NCBI GenBank assembly: GCA_963667175.2
Contig: CAXXXF010000003.1
Location: 64,001-128,000, forward strand
Direction of reading: 5' to 3'
Length of the DNA stretch: 64,000 nucleotides
Source: Candidatus Latescibacterota bacterium
Lineage (GTDB): Bacteria; Latescibacterota; UBA2968; GCA-2709665
The notes under the pieces were generated by a model. It saw only the letters and a list, made by a program, of their open reading frames with translations, was not told the DNA's origin and ran no database searches. Below, in pieces: positions 19,425-29,038 of the stretch. The translations under genes and the position numbers were made by a program. Each line of letters starts with the position of its first letter. Within the stretch, counting starts at the first letter, position 1.

Positions 19425-19658
19425 TTATTCCGCGGCTGAAATCTTCTCGTTGTTGGATGTCTGCAATCCTTCGGGCAAAGGATCGGCGTGTTCTCTGTAG
19501 GATTCAATCAGCTTTCGCGCCACGTCCTGTGCGATTTCAGTGATTTCGGCCACCGTTCTTCCCTGTGCGACCAGGCCCGGAAAGTTATCCGAAGTCGCCA
19601 GAAATTGGCCGTTCTCAACTCTCTCCACCTGAAGGTTCAATCTATATTCTGCTGACAC
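19425..19658 (-). CDS. HicB-like antitoxin, orphan
   Basis: FLATSDNFPGLVAQGRTVAEITEIAQDVARKLIES. Confidence 0.78.
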   Translation of the reverse strand: MSAEYRLNLQVERVENGQFLATSDNFPGLVAQGRTVAEITEIAQDVARKLIESYREHADPLPEGLQTSNNEKISAAE

Positions 19659-19728
19659 GGAAATACTCCTGTCTGGTCAAGTAGTCAGCTACCTTACGTC
19701 AACGTACCCCGCCTGCTCGTTCCACTCC

Positions 19729-22700
19729 CTACGCAACAACCGCGGCGGCTTTTCGTTTCAGCGCGGGCAGCAGTTCGTCGGCCGCTCGTTCGAGGGCCGC
19801 CATCGCCTCATCCACGTTCTCGAGGTCCCCTTCGCGCGCCATGGTTTCCAGCCGCAACGCCGCCTCCACCGTCGAATCGGCAAGGAAGACGGCCGCCGAA
19901 CCCTTCAGCGTATGGGCCGCGCGCCGCAGCAGCGTGGCATCGCGGTGATTGATCGCCCGTTTCATTTCCTTCAGGCGCCTGGCGTATTCGCTGACAAACA
20001 GCCCCGCCAGTTCGCCCAGGATCGCCTCGTTTCCGCCAACCTGTTGCACGGCCCCCTGCCAATCCAGTGCGCCGCCGTCAACGTCGGGGTCCTCCGGCGG
20101 TGCACCGTCCGAAGAAACGTCGTTCTCCACAATATCGTAGAGGTCTCCCGCCCGGACGGGCTTGGGGAGATAATCGTCCATCCCCTCTTCCAGGCACCGT
20201 TCCCTGTCTCCCTGCATCACGTGGGCCGTCATCGCCGCAATTCGAACGTGTTCCCCGGTCGACCGTTCCCGCTCCCTGATCATCCGGGTTGCCTCCAGCC
20301 CGTCCATCTCCGGCATCTGGACGTCCATCAGGATGAGATCGAACGTCTCGTTCTCCAGCGCATTGAGCACTTCCCTGCCGTTATTGACGGACGTAACCCG
20401 GTGGCCGCGGGGTTCGAGCAGGTCCACGATCACTTTCTGATTGACCGCGCCGTCTTCTGCCAGCAGAACCCGGCGTCTGGCGGCGGGCGCTAACGGTTCG
20501 GCCACTGTCGGGACATCCACGGCCTCTACGACGCTTACGTCGAGCGCCGATAGCGTGGCATCGAGCAGGTCGGACTGCTTGACCGGTTTTGTCAGGCATC
20601 GGGCAAGTCCCAGCGCGTCGCATCGCACGACGTCGTGCGTTCTCCCCGCGGACGAAAGAATCAGTATCGGCACATCCTTCGTCGCGGGATCCTGCCTGAG
20701 GCGCTCGGCCAGCGCGAACCCGTCCATATCCGGCATCACCGCGTCCAGCAGAAACAGACTGTACGGCAGACCCGCCTCGCCGGCCTCCCGAACCGTGTCC
20801 AGCGCCGCCGGCGCCGAATCCGCCACGGCGATTTTCATACCCCAGGTCCCGAGCATCTCCTCGAATATGAACCGGTTTGTGCGGTTGTTGTCCACCACCA
20901 GCGCACGGAGACCCACCAGGGTCTGGAGGTCGGCCGCGGACCGCTTCACGGACTGAGGCTGGGCCTCGAAGTGCGCCGTGAAGTAAAACGTACTCCCTTT
21001 GTCCCGTTCGCTCTCCACCCACATTCGTCCGCCCATCATCGACGCCAGTTGAGACGAGATTGCCAGGCCCAGACCGGTTCCGCCAAACCGCCTGGAAGTG
21101 GAAGAGTCCACCTGGCTGAAAGAGTCGAAAATGAGCTGCTGGTCTTCCGGCGAGATGCCGATGCCCGTATCCCGGACAAAAAACCTCAGACTGACCTTTT
21201 CTTCATCACGGGAGTCCACCTTGACGTCAACCAGCACATCGCCCGTGGTCGTGAACTTGATGGCGTTGTCCACCAGGTTGATGACGATTTGCCGCAAACG
21301 GCCCGGGTCGCCAACCAGCCTGTCGGGAACGTCCGGCGCGACGTGGCAGGCCAGTTCCAGCCCCTTCTGCGTTGCTTTGACCGCGAGAGTCTGCACGGTG
21401 TCTCCCAGCGTATCCCGAAGGTCGAAGCCGATCGATTCCAGCTCCAGCCTGTCCACCTCAAGCTTGGAAAAGTCGAGAATATCGTTCAGGAGCGCGAGCA
21501 ATGCCTCGGAAGACTGCCGGCTCAGCTTGAGGTATTCCCGCTGCTGGGGCGTCAACTCAGTGTTGCCCAAAAGCTCCGTCATGCCCATGATGCCGTTCAT
21601 CGGCGTCCGGATTTCATGGCTCATGTTGGCAAGAAACTCGCTCTTCGCCCGGTTCGCCTGCTCCGCGACTTCCTTTGCCGTCTGCAACTCCGCACCCGAA
21701 CGCTCCAGGGCCACGGTGCTCTTCTTCAGCGCTTCGTTCGCTTCACGCTCGGCGGAAGCTGTATTCTCGAGCTGCCGGTTCTTTTCCTGAAGCTGTATTT
21801 CGGCGTGCTTGCGCAGTGTGATATCCCTCACCGTGCCGATCATATGCACGGACTGCCCCGCGCTGTCGCCGAAGACGCGCCCCTTGTTTCCCAACCATCG
21901 GATCGTCCCGTCGGGCCATACAACGCGGTGCTCGACTTCAAAACCCATCCCTTCCTTTATCGTGCGCCGCACGGCGCTGCGGACCATTTCCCGGTCTTCC
22001 GGATGCACGAATCCATAAAACGCCTCGCGCGTACCTTCGAATTCCTCCGGCTTGAGACCGAACAACGGCGCCACCAGGTCCGACCAGACCAGTTCTCCGG
22101 TCAGCAGATTCGAATCCCAACTCCCCATGTGGGCGGCTTCCATCGCCAGCTTGAGCCGGGCTTCGCTTTCCCGCAAGGCCTGTTCCGAGCGCTTCCGTTC
22201 GTAGTCCAGATTGGCGAGCGACCGGGCGTACCACCAGATCAGGATATTCAGTGCGACGATCACCCCCAGAGAGAACAGCGACATACCCGACGCGAACCCC
22301 AGTATCACTTCGCCGTGAGGCCAGAGCCAACCCAGCGCCAGCGGAATCAGGAAGGCGGCCGGCAGCAGCCGGCGCGCCATCGAACCGCCTGCCGTCGAAC
22401 TGACAATGGTGGTGGTTGGTTCGAGGTCGGGCCGGGCCAGAAACACGCCAATGCACAACAGGCCGAAGGCAAGCGTTGTGACGGCGCTCATCTGGAGGTC
22501 CCACGTCACTTCTCTGGGGGAGAGCGTCAGATAGAAATGCCCGACCGCATAACCGCACGATACGATCGAGGCGGCAGACAGACACGTCTGTGCGGGCCAG
22601 GCATTCCCTCTGAACCGGATATGCCAGAGAAGCAAGGCCAGCCCGATCAGGGCGAAGTTACACGCTTCATTGCGCAACATATGCCCCGCGCCGGCGCCGA

Positions 22701-23001
22701 AACCGATAAATACAGGTCCCGCGCCGACGAGTTCCAGGGCCGCGAAGACGACGACAACCGCGCTGATTGCCTTGCCCAGGAATTGCCTCCGTGCTGAGGA
22801 ACTACCGCTCCGCAGCAGCCACAGCGCCACGCTTGTGAGCACGAACATGCCGGCTGTCAACAAAGACATCCATTCGGCCACGGGTGCGCTGACGAGCCAT
22901 CCTGAAAAGACCAGGATGGACAGCATCACAACGATCAGATTCGCCGTCTGCGCGGATACCGCGGCCAGCCGCAACAATCGAGGGTCCGCATAATCGTCCA
23001 T
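19729..23001 (-). CDS. Membrane hybrid sensor histidine kinase (multi-TM, PAS, HisKA, HATPase, 2 REC, HPt)
   Basis: FLANMSHEIRTPMNG H-box, NLVDNAIKFT, DTGIGI, GGTGLGL, two receiver domains (LLDAVMP, LMDVQMP), AAHTLKGS HPt. Confidence 0.95.
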   Translation of the reverse strand: MDDYADPRLLRLAAVSAQTANLIVVMLSILVFSGWLVSAPVAEWMSLLTAGMFVLTSVALWLLRSGSSSARRQFLGKAISAVVVVFAALELVGAGPVFIGFGAGAGHMLRNEACNFALIGLALLLWHIRFRGNAWPAQTCLSAASIVSCGYAVGHFYLTLSPREVTWDLQMSAVTTLAFGLLCIGVFLARPDLEPTTTIVSSTAGGSMARRLLPAAFLIPLALGWLWPHGEVILGFASGMSLFSLGVIVALNILIWWYARSLANLDYERKRSEQALRESEARLKLAMEAAHMGSWDSNLLTGELVWSDLVAPLFGLKPEEFEGTREAFYGFVHPEDREMVRSAVRRTIKEGMGFEVEHRVVWPDGTIRWLGNKGRVFGDSAGQSVHMIGTVRDITLRKHAEIQLQEKNRQLENTASAEREANEALKKSTVALERSGAELQTAKEVAEQANRAKSEFLANMSHEIRTPMNGIMGMTELLGNTELTPQQREYLKLSRQSSEALLALLNDILDFSKLEVDRLELESIGFDLRDTLGDTVQTLAVKATQKGLELACHVAPDVPDRLVGDPGRLRQIVINLVDNAIKFTTTGDVLVDVKVDSRDEEKVSLRFFVRDTGIGISPEDQQLIFDSFSQVDSSTSRRFGGTGLGLAISSQLASMMGGRMWVESERDKGSTFYFTAHFEAQPQSVKRSAADLQTLVGLRALVVDNNRTNRFIFEEMLGTWGMKIAVADSAPAALDTVREAGEAGLPYSLFLLDAVMPDMDGFALAERLRQDPATKDVPILILSSAGRTHDVVRCDALGLARCLTKPVKQSDLLDATLSALDVSVVEAVDVPTVAEPLAPAARRRVLLAEDGAVNQKVIVDLLEPRGHRVTSVNNGREVLNALENETFDLILMDVQMPEMDGLEATRMIRERERSTGEHVRIAAMTAHVMQGDRERCLEEGMDDYLPKPVRAGDLYDIVENDVSSDGAPPEDPDVDGGALDWQGAVQQVGGNEAILGELAGLFVSEYARRLKEMKRAINHRDATLLRRAAHTLKGSAAVFLADSTVEAALRLETMAREGDLENVDEAMAALERAADELLPALKRKAAAVVA

Positions 23002-23017
23002 TTCAGACCGTCCTATG

Positions 23018-24667
23018 CTATGGGAAGACGCCTCTCAGGAGCTTCGCCTGAGTCACGCGATGGATGCCTTCTATCAGCGCCGCTGTACGCATATCCAGCC
23101 CGTCGCGTTCGGACCGCTGCATTGTCCGCCGGAACGCGTGGAGCAATATCTGCCTGAGCCGCTCGTTGATCTCGTCGAGGGTCCACATATAATTCTGGGT
23201 GTCCTGCACCCACTCGAAATAGGAAACCGTAACCCCTCCGGCGTTTCCGAGCACGTCCGGAAGAATAAACACGTCCTTGTCTTTCAGGATTTCGTCGGCC
23301 TCCAGTGTGGTGGGGCCGTTGGCGCCTTCGGCCAGAATCCTGCATGAGACGTTGTCGGCATTGTCCACGGTGATCTGATTCTGCAGGGCCGCGGGTACAA
23401 GAATGTCGCACGGGATCTCGAGCAATTCCCGATTGCTCACGGCATCTCCGCCGGTGTAACCTTCCAGAACCTGGTTTTCATCCGTATGTTGCAGCAGCGA
23501 ATCCACGGACAGACCATCTGGGTTGTAAATGCCGGTGGTCACGTCGCTCACGCCCACGAGCCTGACTCCGCAGGCGTTCAGAAACCGCGCGGCATTGCTC
23601 CCCACGTTCCCGAACCCCTGGACGACGGCGGTCGCGTTGTTCAGTTCCATCCCGATATGCCTGGCCGCTTCCTCCACGAGATACACCAGCCCCCGTCCCG
23701 TCGCCTCGCGGCGGCCTTCCGAGCCTCCCAGCACCACAGGCTTGCCGGTTACGACCGCGGGTACCGTATGTCCCGTCTGGTGGCTGTAGGTGTCCATCAT
23801 CCACGCCATGACGTGTTCGTCCGTGCCCATGTCGGGCGCTGGGATGTCCTTTTGCGGTCCGATCACGTCGATGATCTCCGACGTATACCGTCGCGTCAGG
23901 CGCTGCAGTTCGGGACGTGAGAGTACGGTGGGGTCGATACGTACCCCTCCCTTGGCGCCGCCAAACGGCAGGTCCATCAGGGCGCATTTCCAGGTCATCC
24001 ACATGGCCAGCGCGGTTACTTCGCCCAGGTTCACGTCGTGATGGTATCGGACGCCGCCCTTTGTGGGACCCATCGTCAAGAGGTGTTGAATCCGGTATCC
24101 GGCGACCGTTTCCACGTATCCGTGTTCGTCCCGCCGGAACGGAAAGGTAACGACGTGGGTGCGCTGGGGAAACAACAGCCGCTGCCGGATGTTGTCATCC
24201 AGCTCCATCAGGTGGGCTGCCTTGAGAAACTGCTGCTGCGCCAGCCGGAACATGGGCGATTCCCATTCGGCGTGCTGCGCCCGGCTGCGCTCCACGGCGT
24301 ATCGGATGGACCTCACCAGCAAAGCGCCGTTCATATTCGACTTGACGAGATAATCTTGCGCGCCCGCTTCGACGGCCCGCGCCGCGAGTTTGATATCCTT
24401 CACGCCGGACAGGATCACAACCGGCAGGTCCGAATGTGCCGCGCGGACCCGGAAATACGTATCCAGGTCCTCGCTGTCCGGCAGCACGAGGTCCAGCAGC
24501 AGCAGTTCGTACGCGTCCGCCGCAAGCCGCTTCAGCCCTTCCGTGAGCGTATCCGCCGAATCCACCTCGAACTCCGGGCCCTCGGATTTGGCGAGCAATT
24601 CCCGAATCAGGCGGGTGTGAAGCGGATTGTCCTCAATCAGCAGCGTCTTCAGGATTTTCCTTTGCAT
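23018..24667 (-). CDS. gdhA: Receiver (REC) domain-glutamate dehydrogenase fusion
   Basis: REC: LIEDN, LLDLVLP, LSG, DYLVK. GDH: GPTKGGVRY, MTWKCA, PFGGAKGG, DIPAPD, VTGKP, ATGRG, GFGNVG, EGANGP, NAGGVTVSYFEWVQ. Confidence 0.92.
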   Translation of the reverse strand: MQRKILKTLLIEDNPLHTRLIRELLAKSEGPEFEVDSADTLTEGLKRLAADAYELLLLDLVLPDSEDLDTYFRVRAAHSDLPVVILSGVKDIKLAARAVEAGAQDYLVKSNMNGALLVRSIRYAVERSRAQHAEWESPMFRLAQQQFLKAAHLMELDDNIRQRLLFPQRTHVVTFPFRRDEHGYVETVAGYRIQHLLTMGPTKGGVRYHHDVNLGEVTALAMWMTWKCALMDLPFGGAKGGVRIDPTVLSRPELQRLTRRYTSEIIDVIGPQKDIPAPDMGTDEHVMAWMMDTYSHQTGHTVPAVVTGKPVVLGGSEGRREATGRGLVYLVEEAARHIGMELNNATAVVQGFGNVGSNAARFLNACGVRLVGVSDVTTGIYNPDGLSVDSLLQHTDENQVLEGYTGGDAVSNRELLEIPCDILVPAALQNQITVDNADNVSCRILAEGANGPTTLEADEILKDKDVFILPDVLGNAGGVTVSYFEWVQDTQNYMWTLDEINERLRQILLHAFRRTMQRSERDGLDMRTAALIEGIHRVTQAKLLRGVFP

Positions 24668-24719
24668 GGTTTCGACGTCCGTGCGGTTTCATCAGTACTG
24701 TTTGAAGGAAGTATTCGAA

Positions 24720-24748
24720 TATTTAGTCCTATTGCCGATTCGTGTCAA
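24720..24748 (-). promoter_or_regulatory. Candidate sigma70 promoter for the REC-GDH/kinase operon
   Basis: TTGACA-N17-TAAATA on the - strand, about 50 nt upstream of the ATG; the -10 match is weak. Confidence 0.45.
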
Positions 24749-24802
24749 GTCCAAAGCGTTGAATGACACGCTTTTGTGCGATTTGCCTCTCAACGTGTAC
24801 GG

Positions 24803-24833
24803 AAAAAAGGCAGGGTATCTCCGATGCCCCGCC
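24803..24833 (-). terminator. Intrinsic terminator after the aldo/keto reductase
   Basis: GGCGGGGCATC-GGA-GATACCCTGCC followed by TTTTTT on the - strand. Confidence 0.72.
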
Positions 24834-24902
24834 CGTCTTTCGCACCCAAGACGGTCCCATTGAGTAAGACGAATGGATCCGCTTCGGGTTGCGCGTTGTC
24901 GG

Positions 24903-25886
24903 TCACCGGCGTTCGCGCCGAAGGTCCAACCAGTTCAGTTCCTCCGGCGTCAATTGGATTCCCATCGCTTCCTGATTCTGGCGGCATTCCTCGGCCGATC
25001 TGCATCCCGACACCGTGAAGACGTTCAGAGGCTGGTTGAACAGATACGCGAGCGCGACCTGCGCCACGGTCTTTCCGCGCTCGCCGGCAAGTTCGGTCGC
25101 ACGTTGCAGTCGCGTGAAATTTTCTTCGTACCCGTAGACTTGGGCGCAACCCTCCGTCGTTTGTTTCGCCATCTCAGCGATGTTCTCTCGGCTCAGGAGA
25201 CCGGAGAAAAAACCCTGCGCCAGGCTGGACCAGGAAAACACGGGCATCTGCGACTTTCGGTACCACGCCCGTTCCTCGGCCCCGCGCGGACCGGAGATAC
25301 TCAGACAGCCCTCCCAGATCTCATGCAGGCGCACGGCCAGACTGAAATTCGGGCTGCTGGCCACAAAGGGCCTCAGGCCTTGATTCCGCGCATACGAATT
25401 CGCCTCGCGAATCCGGCTCACCGACCAGTTGGACCCGCCGAAGGCGCGGATTCGCCCCTCCGACACGTGTTCGTTCAACGCCTCCACCAGCGGTCCGACC
25501 GGCGCCTCCGGATCGTCCCGGTGAAGCAGATAGAGGTCGATATAATCTGTCCGGAGCCGTGCCAGGGAATCGAACAGGTCGGACGCGACGTCGAACACCG
25601 TCACCCTGCGGCGGCGGTCGGGGTTGGGGTGGCCGCCCTTGCTGAGGATAAATACATCGCTTCGATTGCCGCGCCGGTCCATCCAGGCCCCCAGCGCCCG
25701 CTCCGCCTTTCCGTTTCCATAGACGGGCGCGGTATCGAAACTGTTGCAGCCCTCCGCCCGGATCCCGTCAAGAAGATCGATGCTCCACTCGAGATCGTCC
25801 GTCGACACCATCAGCGTGCCCTGTACAAGACGGGAAACCGGTTTGTCGATTCCCTCGATACGGCCGTATTTCATCGCGGGTTCCAT
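24903..25886 (-). CDS. Aldo/keto reductase
   Basis: FDTAPVYG, SKGGH, SLARLRTDYIDLYLLHRD, GGSNW; start may be 25874. Confidence 0.92.
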   Translation of the reverse strand: MEPAMKYGRIEGIDKPVSRLVQGTLMVSTDDLEWSIDLLDGIRAEGCNSFDTAPVYGNGKAERALGAWMDRRGNRSDVFILSKGGHPNPDRRRRVTVFDVASDLFDSLARLRTDYIDLYLLHRDDPEAPVGPLVEALNEHVSEGRIRAFGGSNWSVSRIREANSYARNQGLRPFVASSPNFSLAVRLHEIWEGCLSISGPRGAEERAWYRKSQMPVFSWSSLAQGFFSGLLSRENIAEMAKQTTEGCAQVYGYEENFTRLQRATELAGERGKTVAQVALAYLFNQPLNVFTVSGCRSAEECRQNQEAMGIQLTPEELNWLDLRRERR

Positions 25887-25994
25887 ATCAAATATGATAT
25901 AGAGGATATACCATAATCACTATGTTACGCAATATTGAAAAGCAGCAATCAGTGAAAGGCGGTGAGACCCTCACCCCCCAGCCCTTCTCCCCTG

Positions 25995-26113
25995 GTGAGA
26001 CGCAAGACGTGAGACGTGAGAGGATATCAGTGCCTGTTCGGTTTTATCTCTTGCCGGAGGCATAAAGGAGCAACCAATCGGGCAAGGATGTCATCTACCG
26101 TCTCCCGTCTTAC
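25995..26113. repeat. Heptamer tandem repeat tract with an inverted partner
   Basis: GTGAGAC GCAAGAC GTGAGAC GTGAGAG at 25995-26022 and complementary-type GTCTCCC GTCTTAC near 26100-26113. Confidence 0.5.
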
Positions 26114-26124
26114 CGGTTTCCGGT

Positions 26125-27111
26125 CTATTCCATCGGAAATTTCAGGCCTATCTGATCGCGGATCGTGTCCATCGTTCCCATGATCGCGACGGATTCGTCC
26201 AGTGGAATTTCGTCGCTTTCGAGTTTCCCTTCCCGCAGATAGCGTCCCACCGCTTCCGCCTGGCAATTGTACCCATTCCCGTCGAAGGGGCGTTCAACCG
26301 TCGTCTCCTCGCCGCCTCTCACGAGCGTCGCGGTCGTACCGCGCCAGAACGGCGGATGGATGCGAATCATCCCTTCGGTACCCATGACGTGAGCCCAGTG
26401 GGACGTGCCGCACTGGATCGACGTATACAGAATGGCCATTTCTCCCCCGTCGTATCCGAGCATCATCCCCGCCTGCTCGTCCACCTTCAGATCGCCGACG
26501 TGGGCCATGCCCGCCACGCGCGACGGCCCGCGCCGGAACACCATGGACGCGAACGACAGCGAATAGATGCCTACGTCCATCAGCGCCCCGCCGCCAAGAG
26601 CCGGGTCATAGAGGCGTGACTTCGTGCTGCCGGGACGCGACCCGAACCCGAAGTCCGCCGCAACCATCCGGACGTCACCGATCGCGCCGTCCCGCAGCCA
26701 TTGCCGAACCTTGTACATGATCGGCAGGAAGCGGGTCCACATGGCCTCCATCAGAAAGACGCCTTCCTCGCGCGCAACGGCAACGAGATCCGCGGCTTCC
26801 GGTCGATTGATGGTGAAGGGCTTCTCGCACAAGACCGCCTTCCCCGCCTTGAGACAAAGGACGCTGTTCTCCTTGTGGAACGTATGCGGTGTGGCAACGT
26901 AAATGACGTCCACGTCCGGGTCGTTCGCCAGGGCCTCGTAGCTCGGGCGCCTCCGCGAAATGCCGAATTCGTCACCGAACGCATCCGCCGCCGCCTGAGT
27001 CCGCGAACCCACGGCGACCGGTTCCGCGTCGGGAACCGCCTCCAGGCCCTTCACGAACGACCTCGCAATGGCCCCCGTGCTCAGGATACCCCATCGGATC
27101 CTATCGCCCAT
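26125..27111 (-). CDS. Gfo/Idh/MocA oxidoreductase
   Basis: RWGILSTGAIA, VLCEKP, EAMWTRFLP, GGGALMDVGIY. Confidence 0.92.
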   Translation of the reverse strand: MGDRIRWGILSTGAIARSFVKGLEAVPDAEPVAVGSRTQAAADAFGDEFGISRRRPSYEALANDPDVDVIYVATPHTFHKENSVLCLKAGKAVLCEKPFTINRPEAADLVAVAREEGVFLMEAMWTRFLPIMYKVRQWLRDGAIGDVRMVAADFGFGSRPGSTKSRLYDPALGGGALMDVGIYSLSFASMVFRRGPSRVAGMAHVGDLKVDEQAGMMLGYDGGEMAILYTSIQCGTSHWAHVMGTEGMIRIHPPFWRGTTATLVRGGEETTVERPFDGNGYNCQAEAVGRYLREGKLESDEIPLDESVAIMGTMDTIRDQIGLKFPME

Positions 27112-27170
27112 CTCCTTTTCCTCTCTGTGACTTCCGCGCTCAACGGGCGCGGACGTTTCGACGCGACCGA

Positions 27171-29027
27171 TTACGCGCCGGCGTTGCGGGAAGTTCCGCC
27201 TTCGCCCGCGCAGAGCACGCTTGGCGACAGCGCCTCCAGTTGCGCCAGCGGCTCTTCCAGGCTGCGGATCGCCTGCACCCAGAAGTCCGGCTGTTCGAGG
27301 TCGCTGCCGATGCTGCGTCTGGCCACGTTCTCGGCATTGTCGCTCCCCGTTAACCGAAGGAACCTCTCGTACCGGGGCAGGAAGTCCGGACCCTCCTTCT
27401 TGAACATGGCAAAGAGTCCGCGGCTCAGCAGATAGCCGAACGTATACGGGAAATTGTAAAACGTGACTCCCGTGATATAGAAATGGAGCTTGGAAGCCCA
27501 GAACCAGGGGTCCTCTTCCCCCTCCTGAAGCACGTCGCCGAACACACCGCGCTGCTTCTCGGTCATCAGCGCCTTCAACCGGGATACGCTCAGTTCGCCG
27601 CTGCCGCGCTCTTCGTAGAGCGCCTCTTCGAACTGGAACCGCACCGGGATGTCAATCAGATAGGCGCCCGCGTGTCCCACCTCCGAGTCGAGAACCACGG
27701 CTTTCCGGAGGTCGTCCGCATCCGGGTCCGAAAGGACGCCGTCGGCCAGAATCATCTCCGCGAACGTCGAGGCCGACTCAGCCAGCGTCATCGGATAATG
27801 CCGTGCGAAGGGCCGTAAATCGCGCATCACGTGGCTGTGAAACGCGTGCCCGGCCTCGTGCGCGAGCGTCAGGGCGTCGCCCATGGTGTTGTTATACGTC
27901 ATGAATATCCGCGACTCGGAGATCATCGTCGATCCCGTGCAGAAACCCCCGGGCCGTTTGCCGGCGCGCGGCTCGTAGTCGATCCACCGCCTGTCGTACA
28001 TGTCCTGCGTGAACCTTCCCAGGGCCGGATACGCCCTGGCGAAGGCGCCCTGCACCAGGGCTGTCCCGCCATCCCAATCCATCGGCGACACATCGGAAAA
28101 GGGCAACGGCGCGCCGAGGTCATACCAGGCCACCTTGTCCACGCCCATCGCCTTCGCCCGGAAACGCTGGATCCGTCGCCCCACCTCGATTTCGGAAAAT
28201 ATCGCTTCGAACATCGCATCCAGCGTCTTCCGCGTGATGGCGGACTGGAACAGGGCGACCTCCAGAAAATGCGGCACCTCGCGATAGCGGTTCATAGTCA
28301 GCCGCGTTCCCGAGATCGCGTTCAATGCCGCAGCCGTGACGTCTTCCACGCTTTCCCACGCGGCATTGCCCCTCTCGAACGCGGCCCGCCTGACCCGACG
28401 GTCCGGATTCTCCATCAGCGACCGCCGCTGCGAAATGGGTACCATGTCTTCGCGACCATCGGGGAACCGCATCCGGAACTCCAGCTTTCCGGACAGGGTA
28501 TCGTAAAGCCGGCCCCACGCCGAGATACCGTCCACTCTCAGGTCCGCCGCAAGCGCCTCGCGCGCCGAATCCATCGTGTACCGCGCCTCGCGCCGCATCC
28601 GTCCCAGATAATATCCGGCGTCCGCCAGCGACTCCCGGCCCGCGAGCGCTTCGAAGCCTTCGTCGGACGCCGTCTTCAATCCCCTCAGCAACTCCGTCTG
28701 AAGCTTGGACGCCTCGGCGTACTTCAGCGTCAACGCGGCTTCCTCCTTCAGATACGCCTCGTTTCGCGCGTCGGCGGCCGTCAGACATCCCACGTAGGAG
28801 GCCAGATGACGCAGCCTGGCGAACAGGTCCTCGCTGCGGACGAAGACGTCCTCCCAGATTTCTACGTTGCCCTCGTCCAACGGCTCGAGCGCCCTCGCCG
28901 TATCCAGCAGGTCCTGCGTATCCGAATCCATGTCTTTCTTGAACCGGACCATCCCGGCCCCGTTGAACGCCGGGAAATAGCTTGTCAGATCCCAGTTCAT
29001 CCCCGCTTCCACAGCCGTCTCCGCCAT
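27171..29027 (-). CDS. M3 family oligoendopeptidase (PepF-like)
   Basis: TLAHEAGHAFH zinc motif, LAESASTFAE, GKRPGGFC, FYNFPYTFG. Confidence 0.92.
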   Translation of the reverse strand: MAETAVEAGMNWDLTSYFPAFNGAGMVRFKKDMDSDTQDLLDTARALEPLDEGNVEIWEDVFVRSEDLFARLRHLASYVGCLTAADARNEAYLKEEAALTLKYAEASKLQTELLRGLKTASDEGFEALAGRESLADAGYYLGRMRREARYTMDSAREALAADLRVDGISAWGRLYDTLSGKLEFRMRFPDGREDMVPISQRRSLMENPDRRVRRAAFERGNAAWESVEDVTAAALNAISGTRLTMNRYREVPHFLEVALFQSAITRKTLDAMFEAIFSEIEVGRRIQRFRAKAMGVDKVAWYDLGAPLPFSDVSPMDWDGGTALVQGAFARAYPALGRFTQDMYDRRWIDYEPRAGKRPGGFCTGSTMISESRIFMTYNNTMGDALTLAHEAGHAFHSHVMRDLRPFARHYPMTLAESASTFAEMILADGVLSDPDADDLRKAVVLDSEVGHAGAYLIDIPVRFQFEEALYEERGSGELSVSRLKALMTEKQRGVFGDVLQEGEEDPWFWASKLHFYITGVTFYNFPYTFGYLLSRGLFAMFKKEGPDFLPRYERFLRLTGSDNAENVARRSIGSDLEQPDFWVQAIRSLEEPLAQLEALSPSVLCAGEGGTSRNAGA

Positions 29028-29038
29028 ACCTTCCTTCC

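Noticed and set aside
554-19658. Classical integron or prophage
   Set aside because: No tyrosine recombinase, no recognisable attC series and no phage structural genes
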